A stretch of 50,613 nt of DNA from a virus. A model generated the notes under the pieces. The model saw only the letters and a list, made by a program, of their open reading frames with translations, was not told the DNA's origin and searched no databases. Below are positions 1 to 7,640 of this stretch, in pieces (within the stretch, counting starts at the first letter, position 1; the number at the start of each line of letters is the position of its first letter). The stretch lies in IMG/VR virus record IMGVR_UViG_3300045993_000450, one strand, 5' to 3'. Both the position numbers and the translations under genes were made by a program.

Positions 1-104
1 GTGCGAAGTATTTGGGATGAGTGCGAAGTATTTGGGATGAGTGCGAAGTATTTGGGATGAGTGCGAAGTATTTGGGATGAGTGCGAAGTATTTGGGATGA
101 GTGC
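1..104. repeat. Terminal tandem array: 5 copies of the 20-bp unit GTGCGAAGTATTTGGGATGA plus GTGC, identical to 50510..50613
   Basis: Read directly: units start at 1, 21, 41, 61 and 81. The same 104 nt end the window. Confidence 0.95.
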
Positions 105-130
105 TTGGGTCATAGTACGAGGTTGCTTAC

Positions 131-186
131 CCTAATTCATGGGCCCCGGATTATACTCAACCCCTTGCAAAAATTCCTTGTATAAT
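131..186 (+). promoter_or_regulatory. S-type promoter candidate (CCCTAATTCATGGGCCCC box, GATTATACT, then TATAAT at 181..186)
   Basis: The ATGGGCC core ends 35 nt upstream of a perfect TATAAT. The same architecture recurs at 7 other sites. It lies upstream of the packaging genes. Confidence 0.5.
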
Positions 187-505
187 GCAGCTAATGATGC
201 CTATCACAAACACCTCTCGTGGCGCCGCTTTGGTGAGCATGATTCACGCGGAGTTCCCGAACTATCACCCTTTACTGAGTATAGCGCGCCTCGCTCATCA
301 CCCAGAAGCGGATTTGCGCCTCCAGTTCGAGTGCCACAAATGTATTGTAAAATATATCGAGCCAGAATTGAAGTCGGTCGAGCTTAAGAGCGACGTTCGC
401 GAAGAAAAGACTGTCAGAGTCTCCCTGTTTGATGTTGAAGATGCCAACATTATCACTGAGAGAAACGCATCGTCGCACTCCGACCTAGCTCTCTCGAACT
501 GGTAA
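185..505 (+). CDS. Putative small terminase subunit (by position only)
   Basis: 106-aa ORF whose stop overlaps the TerL start (TAATG at 503..507). No recognisable motif. The start may be ATG 194, because the TATAAT at 181..186 overlaps ATG 185. Confidence 0.35.
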   Translation: MQLMMPITNTSRGAALVSMIHAEFPNYHPLLSIARLAHHPEADLRLQFECHKCIVKYIEPELKSVELKSDVREEKTVRVSLFDVEDANIITERNASSHSDLALSNW

Positions 506-1923
506 TGACTGAATTCAAGCTCTACGCAAAGCAACAACGAGCCCTAGTCTCGCCAGCCAACGAAATTCTTTACGGGGGAGCCGCTGGTGGAGGAAAAAGT
601 TACCTCGCCCGCGTGGCTAGCATTGTCTATAGCCTCGAGGTTCCTGGTCTGATCACTTATTTGTTTCGCCGAACCTTCAAGGAAGTCCTTGCCAATCATG
701 TATATACCCCTGGGGGATACTTGGAGATGCTTAAGGACCTGATCGAGAGCGGAGATTGCGTGTTTTCGAAGAGTGACTTCTCATTCACGTTTTATAATGG
801 GAGTCGGATACAGTTGGCGCATAGTCAGTATGAGAGTGATATTTTTACCCATCAGGGAGCCCAGATAGGGTTTTTAATAATCGATGAGGCGACGCACTTT
901 AGTCCAGCAATGGTGAGGTTTATACGGAGTCGGGTCCGGTTGGGGTCGATGAACGTGCCGCCTAACTGGCGTGGGAAATTCCCGAGGATATTATATACGG
1001 CTAACCCTGGGGGCGTAGGGCATCACTATTTCAAGTCGAATTTTGTTGACTTCGGCGCAGACCATGTATTCCAGGCCCCTGAGGACGAAGGGTCGATGCG
1101 GCGAGAATATGTGCCGGCTAAGTTGACAGAGAATATTGTGTTGATGTTGAACGACCCAGAATATCACCAGCGCCTGAAGGGTATGGGTGATACCGCCACT
1201 GTCCAAGCGATGCTTGAGGGCGACTGGGAAAGTCTCAGTAGCGGAGGGTTCGCAGATGTGTGGCGTGGGAAATATCACGTCGTGGAGCCGTTCGAAGTAC
1301 CGAGCACCTGGCGGATTGACCGGGGTTATGACTATGGATCGAGTAACCCTGCGGCGGCTTGTTGGTTTGCTGAGAGTGACGGTGAAGACTTTGTCGATGG
1401 AAATGGGAACGAAGCCTGGGTCCCCGCAGGATCGATATTCCAGATCGGCGAAGTGTATTTCGCGAATAAGCGCCATGAAGGACTACGTCTCACTGCTACA
1501 GAGCAGGCTAGACGAATTAAACAGTACGAGCAAGACGAAGGATTATGGGGTCGCGTAGAGGCCGGTCCCGCGGATAACTCAATATTTAGTAGCGAGCCGG
1601 GTCACATAACCGTGGCTGAGGAAATGTCTGCGATGGGTATTAAGTTCACTAGAGCTAATAAGTCCCCAGGGAGTCGGATTCAGGGGGTGCAGTTATTGCG
1701 TGGGCGGTTAGAGGCGTCGGCTAAACGGCCGATGGAGAAGCCTGGATATTTTGTGTTTAACACGTGTTTTCATACGATAAGGACCTTGCCGAATTTGGAG
1801 AATGATGAGAAGAACCGTGAGGACATCGATTCGCACGGTGAGGACCATCTGTATGATGTGATTCGGTATAGGATATTAAAGTCAGCTAAAAAGGCCCAGA
1901 CAATGGCCGTCACAGGAGCTTAA
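505..1923 (+). CDS. terL: Terminase large subunit
   Basis: 472 aa. Walker A GGAAGGGKSY, Walker B FLIIDEATHF, C-terminal nuclease-like region (DRGYDYG ... GEDHLYD). Confidence 0.95.
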   Translation: MTEFKLYAKQQRALVSPANEILYGGAAGGGKSYLARVASIVYSLEVPGLITYLFRRTFKEVLANHVYTPGGYLEMLKDLIESGDCVFSKSDFSFTFYNGSRIQLAHSQYESDIFTHQGAQIGFLIIDEATHFSPAMVRFIRSRVRLGSMNVPPNWRGKFPRILYTANPGGVGHHYFKSNFVDFGADHVFQAPEDEGSMRREYVPAKLTENIVLMLNDPEYHQRLKGMGDTATVQAMLEGDWESLSSGGFADVWRGKYHVVEPFEVPSTWRIDRGYDYGSSNPAAACWFAESDGEDFVDGNGNEAWVPAGSIFQIGEVYFANKRHEGLRLTATEQARRIKQYEQDEGLWGRVEAGPADNSIFSSEPGHITVAEEMSAMGIKFTRANKSPGSRIQGVQLLRGRLEASAKRPMEKPGYFVFNTCFHTIRTLPNLENDEKNREDIDSHGEDHLYDVIRYRILKSAKKAQTMAVTGA

Positions 1924-1924
1924 A

Positions 1925-2401
1925 GTGCGAACTATACCTGGGTACACTAATCTATATTCTCTCGACGATGATGGTCGAGTGTATAGTCATGTATCCGGGA
2001 TTTATCTAAAACCAGTGGTGAATCGTCGTGGTTATCTATACGTCGGTCTACGCAAGAATGGAAAAACCACCAACTTCTTTATTCATAGACTAGTGATGAC
2101 AATACTAAAGGGTCAAGTTATTCCGGAAAATATGGAAGTAGACCACGAAGACAAAAACAAACAGAACAATCGTCCTGACAATCTGAGAATTCTGAGTCAT
2201 AGAGATAATACTCTACACCATCACAATCGTTTAGGTGCAGATACGGAAACCCAAAAATTTTGCTGTACTTGCAAGAAGTTAAAGTCCAGAACGGTGTTCG
2301 GATTTCAGGCGAGTTCAACAGATAAGCTAGATGGCTCGTGCAAACCATGCATGAGAGTATATAAAAGTCAACCTAAAATAGGAGAATCATCGTGCCTGTA
2401 A
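1925..2401 (+). CDS. HNH homing endonuclease (NUMOD4/HNH_3-like)
   Basis: 158 aa, GTG start. IPGYTNLYSLDDDGRVYS N-terminus, EVDHEDKNKQNNRPDNLRILSHRDN core, C-terminal CCTC...CKPC cysteines. Paralogous to 36346..36813. Confidence 0.85.
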   Translation: MRTIPGYTNLYSLDDDGRVYSHVSGIYLKPVVNRRGYLYVGLRKNGKTTNFFIHRLVMTILKGQVIPENMEVDHEDKNKQNNRPDNLRILSHRDNTLHHHNRLGADTETQKFCCTCKKLKSRTVFGFQASSTDKLDGSCKPCMRVYKSQPKIGESSCL

Positions 2402-3768
2402 GCTCAGAACACCCAGAGTACAAAGATCGCAAAGAGGATTGGGAAAAGTGTAGGGATGCCTTTGAGGGGCAAGGTGCGATTAAGCATGCAGGTACGAAAT
2501 ACCTTCCCAAGTTGTCGGAACAAACTAATGAGGATTATCAGGCCTACAAGACGCGTGCGTTATTTTATTCGATAACTAGCAAGACCATCTCCGCGTTGGT
2601 AGGTATGGCCACGACAAAGCATCCTGTCATGAAATACCCGGAGGAATTAAAACCCTATTTTGAAGATAACAGCGGGGTGCAATTTCATGAGTTACTTTCG
2701 GCTTCGTTGTCTGAGAATCTTCTCATGGGTAGGTATGGAGTGCTGGTTGATCGGCCAGTCGAGGGGGGTCCACCTACTATCGCCGGATATACTGCTGAGA
2801 ACGTTCTTAACTGGCGGACAGATACCCAAGGGAACCCAGTCTTGGTGGTGTTGAGGGAAAACGTCATTGAGCAAGATGAAGAGGATGAGTTTATCTTGGA
2901 GTCTTATACCCGGTATCGCGTGTTGAGACTAGTAAACGGCGTTTACACTCAGTTTATATACGATGACGACGATAAACTAGTAGGTCCGCCCATCGTACCG
3001 ACTAATTTAGGTCAGACCATGGACTATATACCTTTTTACATGGTGAACCCTTATGGTATCGGATTTGACATGTCCAAACCGCCGGTCCTGGACATCGTGG
3101 ACATCAATATCTCTCACTATAGGACTAGCGCTGATTTGGAACATGGTCGCCATTACACTGGCCTACCTGTTCCTGTCGTCTCTGGAGTTGATAGTTCCAC
3201 TAAACTACGTATTGGGTCCATGGTAGCATGGGTACTTCCGGACGTGCACGCGAAGGCGTACTATCTAGAATTCACAGGTCAAGGACTAGTGAGTCTGGAA
3301 AAGGCTTTGTCTGAGAAACAAAGTCAGCTGGCTAGTTTGTCGGCTAGACTTATTGGTCAGAGTTCTAATGGCTCCGAGGCTGCGGACACTGTGCGTCTGC
3401 GTTATATGTCTGAGACCGCGTCACTGGCTGCTGTAGTGAGAGCTGTCGAGGCTTTATTGAATAAAGTTTATCGTTGTCTAGCTAAAATGGATGGGTTAGA
3501 CCCCACCACAGTGATGATCACGATGGACAAAGAGTTTCTGGACAATAGATTGTCTGGGGCGAATTTGCGTGAGATCGTCAGGGCTTACCTAGATGGCGGT
3601 CTTAGCAAAGAGACGCTGGTGTACAACCTGCGTCGGGGCGACGTTATTTCTCCGGATCGCACAGATTCAGAGGAAACTAAAGCCTTGGATGATGTGAAAG
3701 CAGAGATGATGAAGACGGCCGCTAGTAGCGCGCCAAAACCTGTAAACCAACCTGGAGTTAAATCATGA
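2392..3768 (+). CDS. Portal protein
   Basis: 458 aa. GTG start preceded by AGGAG. Size and position after terL fit a portal. The N-terminal W..C/RD..G....AG.KYLP pattern resembles DUF4055-type portals (from memory, not searched). Confidence 0.75.
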   Translation: MPVSSEHPEYKDRKEDWEKCRDAFEGQGAIKHAGTKYLPKLSEQTNEDYQAYKTRALFYSITSKTISALVGMATTKHPVMKYPEELKPYFEDNSGVQFHELLSASLSENLLMGRYGVLVDRPVEGGPPTIAGYTAENVLNWRTDTQGNPVLVVLRENVIEQDEEDEFILESYTRYRVLRLVNGVYTQFIYDDDDKLVGPPIVPTNLGQTMDYIPFYMVNPYGIGFDMSKPPVLDIVDINISHYRTSADLEHGRHYTGLPVPVVSGVDSSTKLRIGSMVAWVLPDVHAKAYYLEFTGQGLVSLEKALSEKQSQLASLSARLIGQSSNGSEAADTVRLRYMSETASLAAVVRAVEALLNKVYRCLAKMDGLDPTTVMITMDKEFLDNRLSGANLREIVRAYLDGGLSKETLVYNLRRGDVISPDRTDSEETKALDDVKAEMMKTAASSAPKPVNQPGVKS

Positions 3769-4466
3769 GTTTGAAGTTCGTAGTCGACAGTGTCGACGGT
3801 CTGAGTGCCGATGTAGCGGGGCTATACACCAAAAACAACGACGGTAAATATTACCTCGAAGTTGATGGCGCGGTCTCGAAAACCAAACTGGACGAGTTCC
3901 GGGAAAACAACGTGAAGTTGTTGAAAGATCTGGAAAAATACAAAGACATCGACCCCGCCAAATATGGCGATTTGCTGAAATTGCAAGCGAAGGCGGATGA
4001 GAAGAAACTCATCGATGCTGGTGAGATCGACAAAGTCGTTGAACAACGCGTTAACCAGATGCGGGACACAATGTCTACAGAGATCACTACTCTGAAACAA
4101 GCCAACGACGTCGCCAAACGCCAACTAGAGTCCCTGTTGATCGACAGCTCGGTTCGCGATGCGGCTATCAAGTCCGGGGTACAGCCCCTGGCAGTGGACG
4201 ACGTTCTTTTACGCGCCAAAACAACTTTTCAGGTCAAAGACGGTGCAGCGGTCCCTGTGGACAGCAAAGGCGGCATTATCTTTGGCAAGGACGGCTCAAC
4301 CCCAATGTCTGTAGCAGACTGGACCGCTAGTCTCAAGAAATCCGCTCCTCACTTATTCCAAGGATCCTCTGGAGGTGGGGCCTCTGGTTCTTCTGGGGGT
4401 AAATTGGGCGACACGTCTAAACTATCCGCAGTACAAAAAATCTCTGCAGGTTTAGAGGGGATTTAA
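3765..4466 (+). CDS. Scaffolding protein (putative)
   Basis: 233 aa. The start overlaps the portal stop. Charged K/E/D-rich coiled-coil-like sequence with a Gly/Ser-rich tail. Located between portal and capsid genes. Confidence 0.6.
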   Translation: MSLKFVVDSVDGLSADVAGLYTKNNDGKYYLEVDGAVSKTKLDEFRENNVKLLKDLEKYKDIDPAKYGDLLKLQAKADEKKLIDAGEIDKVVEQRVNQMRDTMSTEITTLKQANDVAKRQLESLLIDSSVRDAAIKSGVQPLAVDDVLLRAKTTFQVKDGAAVPVDSKGGIIFGKDGSTPMSVADWTASLKKSAPHLFQGSSGGGASGSSGGKLGDTSKLSAVQKISAGLEGI

Positions 4467-4473
4467 TAAACCC

Positions 4474-4529
4474 CAGGATCATGGACCCTGATTATATTTA
4501 TGTACTTGGGGACCATGTTAAGTTATAAT
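4474..4529 (+). promoter_or_regulatory. S-type promoter candidate upstream of the capsid gene (ATCATGGACCC, GATTATATT, TATAAT 4524..4529)
   Basis: The ATGGACC core ends 36 nt upstream of a perfect TATAAT, inside a 174-bp intergenic gap. Confidence 0.5.
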
Positions 4530-4640
4530 GCTATCACGATAAGCAAAATTCTAATCAGCGATTAAGATTTTGCGCATTGTCTCTCCGGTGGGGTAGACGA
4601 GTGGTATATTCGTTTAATCAATTTTTCACTGGAGAAACAT

Positions 4641-5564
4641 ATGGCCTCAGTTACCCTAGCCGAATCGGCAAAACTCTCGCAAGACCTGCTCTTGACCGGC
4701 ATCATCGAAAGCATCGTGACGGTCAATCCGATCTACGAAGTACTTCCATTCATGGAAATCGACGGCAACGCTCTAAGCTACAACCGCGAAAATGTGAACG
4801 GCGATGTGCAATTCCTCGGTGTCGGTGGTACTATCACAGCGAAAGCTGCTGCCACCTTCACTCAAGTCACATCTAGCCTGACCACTTTGCTGGGTGACGC
4901 AGAAATTAACGGTCTGATCGAAGCCACCCGTTCTGACAAACAAAGTCAGACGGGTGCTCAGGTCTCTTCCAAGGCCAAATCACTGGCTCGTCAGTACCAA
5001 GACACCATGATCAATGGTGACGGCACTTCCAACACCTTCACCGGTCTGGGTGCTCTGGTTCCTGCAGGTCAGAAAATCAATGCAGGTGCTGCGGCTGGTT
5101 CCAATCTGTCATTCGACATTCTGGACCAGTTGATTGACACGGTCAAGGACAAAGACGGTCAAGTGGACTACATGATGATGCCTTCACGCACTCGTCGTTC
5201 GTTGTTTGCCCTTCTGCGTGGTTTGGGTGGCGCGGATATTGGTGAAGTCATGACTCTACCGTCTGGTCGTAATGTGCCGGTTTACCGCGGTGTTCCGATC
5301 TTCGTCAATGACTGGATCGCCACCAACCAAACTCAAGGTTCTTCGTCTGGCATTTGCACCACAGTGTATGCTGGCACCTTTGATGATGGTTCTGGTAAGC
5401 ATGGTATCTCTGGTCTGACAGCTCGTGGTGCCGCAGGTGTCCGCGTTGAGAATGTTGGTACCAAAGAGACTGCGGATGAAAAAATCATCCGTATCAAGTT
5501 CTACTGCGGTTTTGCCAACTTCTCTCAGTTGGGCATCGCAGCTGCCCCTGGTATCCTGAATTAA
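4641..5564 (+). CDS. Major capsid protein (HK97 fold)
   Basis: 307 aa. RBS GGAGAAACATATG. N-terminal ...EVLPFMEIDGNALSYNRE... resembles HK97-type capsid proteins. Position follows the scaffold gene, and a hairpin follows the stop codon. Confidence 0.8.
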   Translation: MASVTLAESAKLSQDLLLTGIIESIVTVNPIYEVLPFMEIDGNALSYNRENVNGDVQFLGVGGTITAKAAATFTQVTSSLTTLLGDAEINGLIEATRSDKQSQTGAQVSSKAKSLARQYQDTMINGDGTSNTFTGLGALVPAGQKINAGAAAGSNLSFDILDQLIDTVKDKDGQVDYMMMPSRTRRSLFALLRGLGGADIGEVMTLPSGRNVPVYRGVPIFVNDWIATNQTQGSSSGICTTVYAGTFDDGSGKHGISGLTARGAAGVRVENVGTKETADEKIIRIKFYCGFANFSQLGIAAAPGILN

Positions 5565-5578
5565 TCAGGGTATTTTCT

Positions 5579-5605
5579 GGAGACCACCTTAAGGGTGGTT
5601 TCTGG
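5579..5605 (+). terminator. Stem-loop after the capsid gene (GAGACCACC-TTAAG-GGTGGTTTC), attenuator or partial terminator
   Basis: 9-bp stem including one G-T pair, followed only by TTTC. Weak as a terminator. Confidence 0.35.
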
Positions 5606-5626
5606 TAAGTACTTGCAGGAGTCTTC

Positions 5627-5869
5627 ATGTATACAAAAGCGATTTTCACCCTGCCATCAGCTCCTGATGGTGAGTTCATTCTCAATAATCGTTATCGTTT
5701 TATTGATAAGAAACTTGAGACAGACGTCGATACGGCAAAACTGATCGAACTGATTCTAGTGCCATACTACGGTTGCACTGTAGAATGGGTGGATAACAAA
5801 CTTGAGACTCTTGTCCCTTCAGTTGATAAACCTACTCTGGCTAAAGTTGAAACCGCTAAGGCTAAATAA
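5627..5869 (+). CDS. Hypothetical protein (head module)
   Basis: 80-aa ORF between the capsid and connector genes. Its stop overlaps the next start (TAATG). Confidence 0.5.
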   Translation: MYTKAIFTLPSAPDGEFILNNRYRFIDKKLETDVDTAKLIELILVPYYGCTVEWVDNKLETLVPSVDKPTLAKVETAKAK

Positions 5870-6414
5870 TGGCCTTAATCGCTACCCCCGGCGGAACGAC
5901 CTCTAACAGTTACTGTACGGTCGCTGAGGCTAGCAATTACTTTGGAAATAGTGTAGGCAAAACACTATGGGAAACAACTGAATTTCAAGACGTGTCTCTA
6001 ATAGAGGCTACACGTTTATTAGATACTCTAGTGACCTGGAACGGTTATATTGCCTCTGAGTCACAACGTCTACGTTGGCCTAGAATGTGGGTTCCAAAAC
6101 CTGATGTCTATCCATACGTAAGCGCTACTACAGACGTGGGTGTCGGAGGCCCGTATCTTCCCAACGACGTAATCCCAGAACCCATCAAAGACATTGTCTG
6201 CGAATTGGCTTACAGTCTTATTTCCACTGGGGGTTTCCAAATGGAGGAAAACCCAGTGACATTGGTTCGTGTAGGAACGTTGCAAGTCAGATTCGCAGAG
6301 AAAGTCAAAAGTTACGGTTTACCCCTTATGGTTAGAAGTATGATTGCTCCTTGGGGATCCTACTCTCTAGAGTCTAGTAATGATGTTAGACAAGTCGGGG
6401 TGGTAAGAGTATGA
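5869..6414 (+). CDS. Head-tail connector/adaptor (gp6/SPP1 gp15-like)
   Basis: 181 aa. NSYCTVAEASNYF...W......EATRLLDTL..W.G......Q.LRWPR pattern is typical of head-tail adaptor proteins (from memory). Gene order supports it. Confidence 0.6.
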   Translation: MALIATPGGTTSNSYCTVAEASNYFGNSVGKTLWETTEFQDVSLIEATRLLDTLVTWNGYIASESQRLRWPRMWVPKPDVYPYVSATTDVGVGGPYLPNDVIPEPIKDIVCELAYSLISTGGFQMEENPVTLVRVGTLQVRFAEKVKSYGLPLMVRSMIAPWGSYSLESSNDVRQVGVVRV

Positions 6415-6773
6415 ACTTAGCCACGATCGTAAGTAATTCTATAGGCAAGGCCCGTATGGCTATGGGTTCGCTCATAACTACTGCCACCTTGTTGAAGAGC
6501 ACGACTAAGACTTACGATGTTTTGACAGGTAAGAAAACACAGACGACCACGTCCGTTAAAGTGGACGTGGTCGTAGATTCGTTTAATGTCAGTGAACTCA
6601 ACACTAACGTATTGTATTCAGACTTAAAAGTGACAGTCTTCAAGGATCCAACGTTCGAAATGACTCTGGACGACAAAATGACTATCGGAACGATCACTTA
6701 TGCCATTCTAAAGATAACCCCGTCGTATGTAGGTAATGATGTATTAGTTTATACAGTCCAATTGCGCAGGTAG
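6411..6773 (+). CDS. Hypothetical head-tail joining protein
   Basis: 120 aa with a 4-nt overlap on the upstream gene. Assigned by position only. Confidence 0.45.
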   Translation: MNLATIVSNSIGKARMAMGSLITTATLLKSTTKTYDVLTGKKTQTTTSVKVDVVVDSFNVSELNTNVLYSDLKVTVFKDPTFEMTLDDKMTIGTITYAILKITPSYVGNDVLVYTVQLRR

Positions 6774-6872
6774 CGCTCTGGATTGCGCTCTGATCAGTTC
6801 AAAACTAACATACCAATAGCAGTACCAAGGCCTAACAATTTAAACTTAAACCAGAGCGGACCTCAGAGCGCA
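6772..6872 (+). repeat. E element copy E1 (two GCGCTCTG repeats ... CCAATAGCAGTACCAAGGC core ... two CAGAGCG repeats)
   Basis: AGCGCTCTGGATTGCGCTCTGATCAGTT is identical over 28 nt to 26493..26520. Inverted arms flank a conserved core. It ends 2 nt before ATG 6875. Confidence 0.9.
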
Positions 6873-6874
6873 TA

Positions 6875-7255
6875 ATGAAGATCATTTCTACATGGATTGT
6901 AAAACCACAGAGTTTTATAGACACTGTAGATAAAGATCTGTCTAAAATTGTAGCAGATCTTGCCACGAAGGTTTATGATGGCGTAGTCGATAACACTCCT
7001 GTGTGGACGGGTCGAGCCAGAAATTGCTGGACTATGAATGCGGACTCCCCTGTATTTAAGTCTATTCCTTTGAAGGATGTTGGGCAGTTAAGTGTTTTGC
7101 CAAGGCCTATTACACCTTCGTTGTCTGGTTCGATGGCAAAAAGACTGGTGTATATTTGCAACGGTCAACCTTATTCTGGCGTGTTAGAACATGGGGGTCC
7201 GCACAATGCTCCTGTGGGCATGGTGCGTACCACGATTGCAGGACTTAAAGTATGA
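6875..7255 (+). CDS. HK97 gp10-like neck/tail-attachment protein (putative)
   Basis: 126 aa. NTPVWTGRARN...YSGVLEHGG resembles the HK97 gp10 family pattern. Position supports it. Confidence 0.5.
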   Translation: MKIISTWIVKPQSFIDTVDKDLSKIVADLATKVYDGVVDNTPVWTGRARNCWTMNADSPVFKSIPLKDVGQLSVLPRPITPSLSGSMAKRLVYICNGQPYSGVLEHGGPHNAPVGMVRTTIAGLKV

Positions 7256-7638
7256 GTTTTGCAACCGAAAAACAAGTTATTGAATCTTACGTGGTGGGTA
7301 ATTACTCGTCCACGTTGATTAAGTACGAAAACGATGAAATGAATGACTCTAGTGTAAACGAATGGATTCGTGTATCCGTTCAAAACGCTTCAGCCAATCA
7401 GGTTTCGTTAGGCAGCGATCCTTTGTACAGGTACAGAGGAATCGCTTATTTCCAAATCTTTGTTAGACCTGATATAGGCTCTGGAAGAGCTCTTGAGATA
7501 GCTGATATTTTGTCCCCCTTATTCAAGTCAAAGCGTATCAGTGGTATACTTTTTCGTGTCCCAAGGGTTCAAAAAGTCGGTTCCTACAAGGACTGGTATC
7601 AAGTAAATGTGTCTGTTGAATTTTCTAGAGAGGAATAA
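7252..7638 (+). CDS. Tail terminator/completion protein (putative)
   Basis: 128 aa. Overlaps the upstream stop and lies directly before the tube protein gene. Confidence 0.45.
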   Translation: MSFATEKQVIESYVVGNYSSTLIKYENDEMNDSSVNEWIRVSVQNASANQVSLGSDPLYRYRGIAYFQIFVRPDIGSGRALEIADILSPLFKSKRISGILFRVPRVQKVGSYKDWYQVNVSVEFSREE

Positions 7639-7640
7639 TC

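Noticed and set aside
131-160. Reading the S box as a sigma54 (-24 GG / -12 GC) promoter
   Set aside because: TGGGCC-N5-TTAT does not contain the conserved -12 TTGC(A/T) element. The box instead sits at a fixed distance from a perfect sigma70-type TATAAT.
139-387. 82-aa ORF overlapping the small-terminase candidate in another frame; similarly 4577..4876 overlapping the capsid gene start
   Set aside because: Both overlap better-supported ORFs. 185..505 is coupled to the terL start, and 4641..5564 has a strong RBS and capsid-like sequence. Both rejected ORFs have Arg/Ser/Pro-rich composition typical of off-frame translation.
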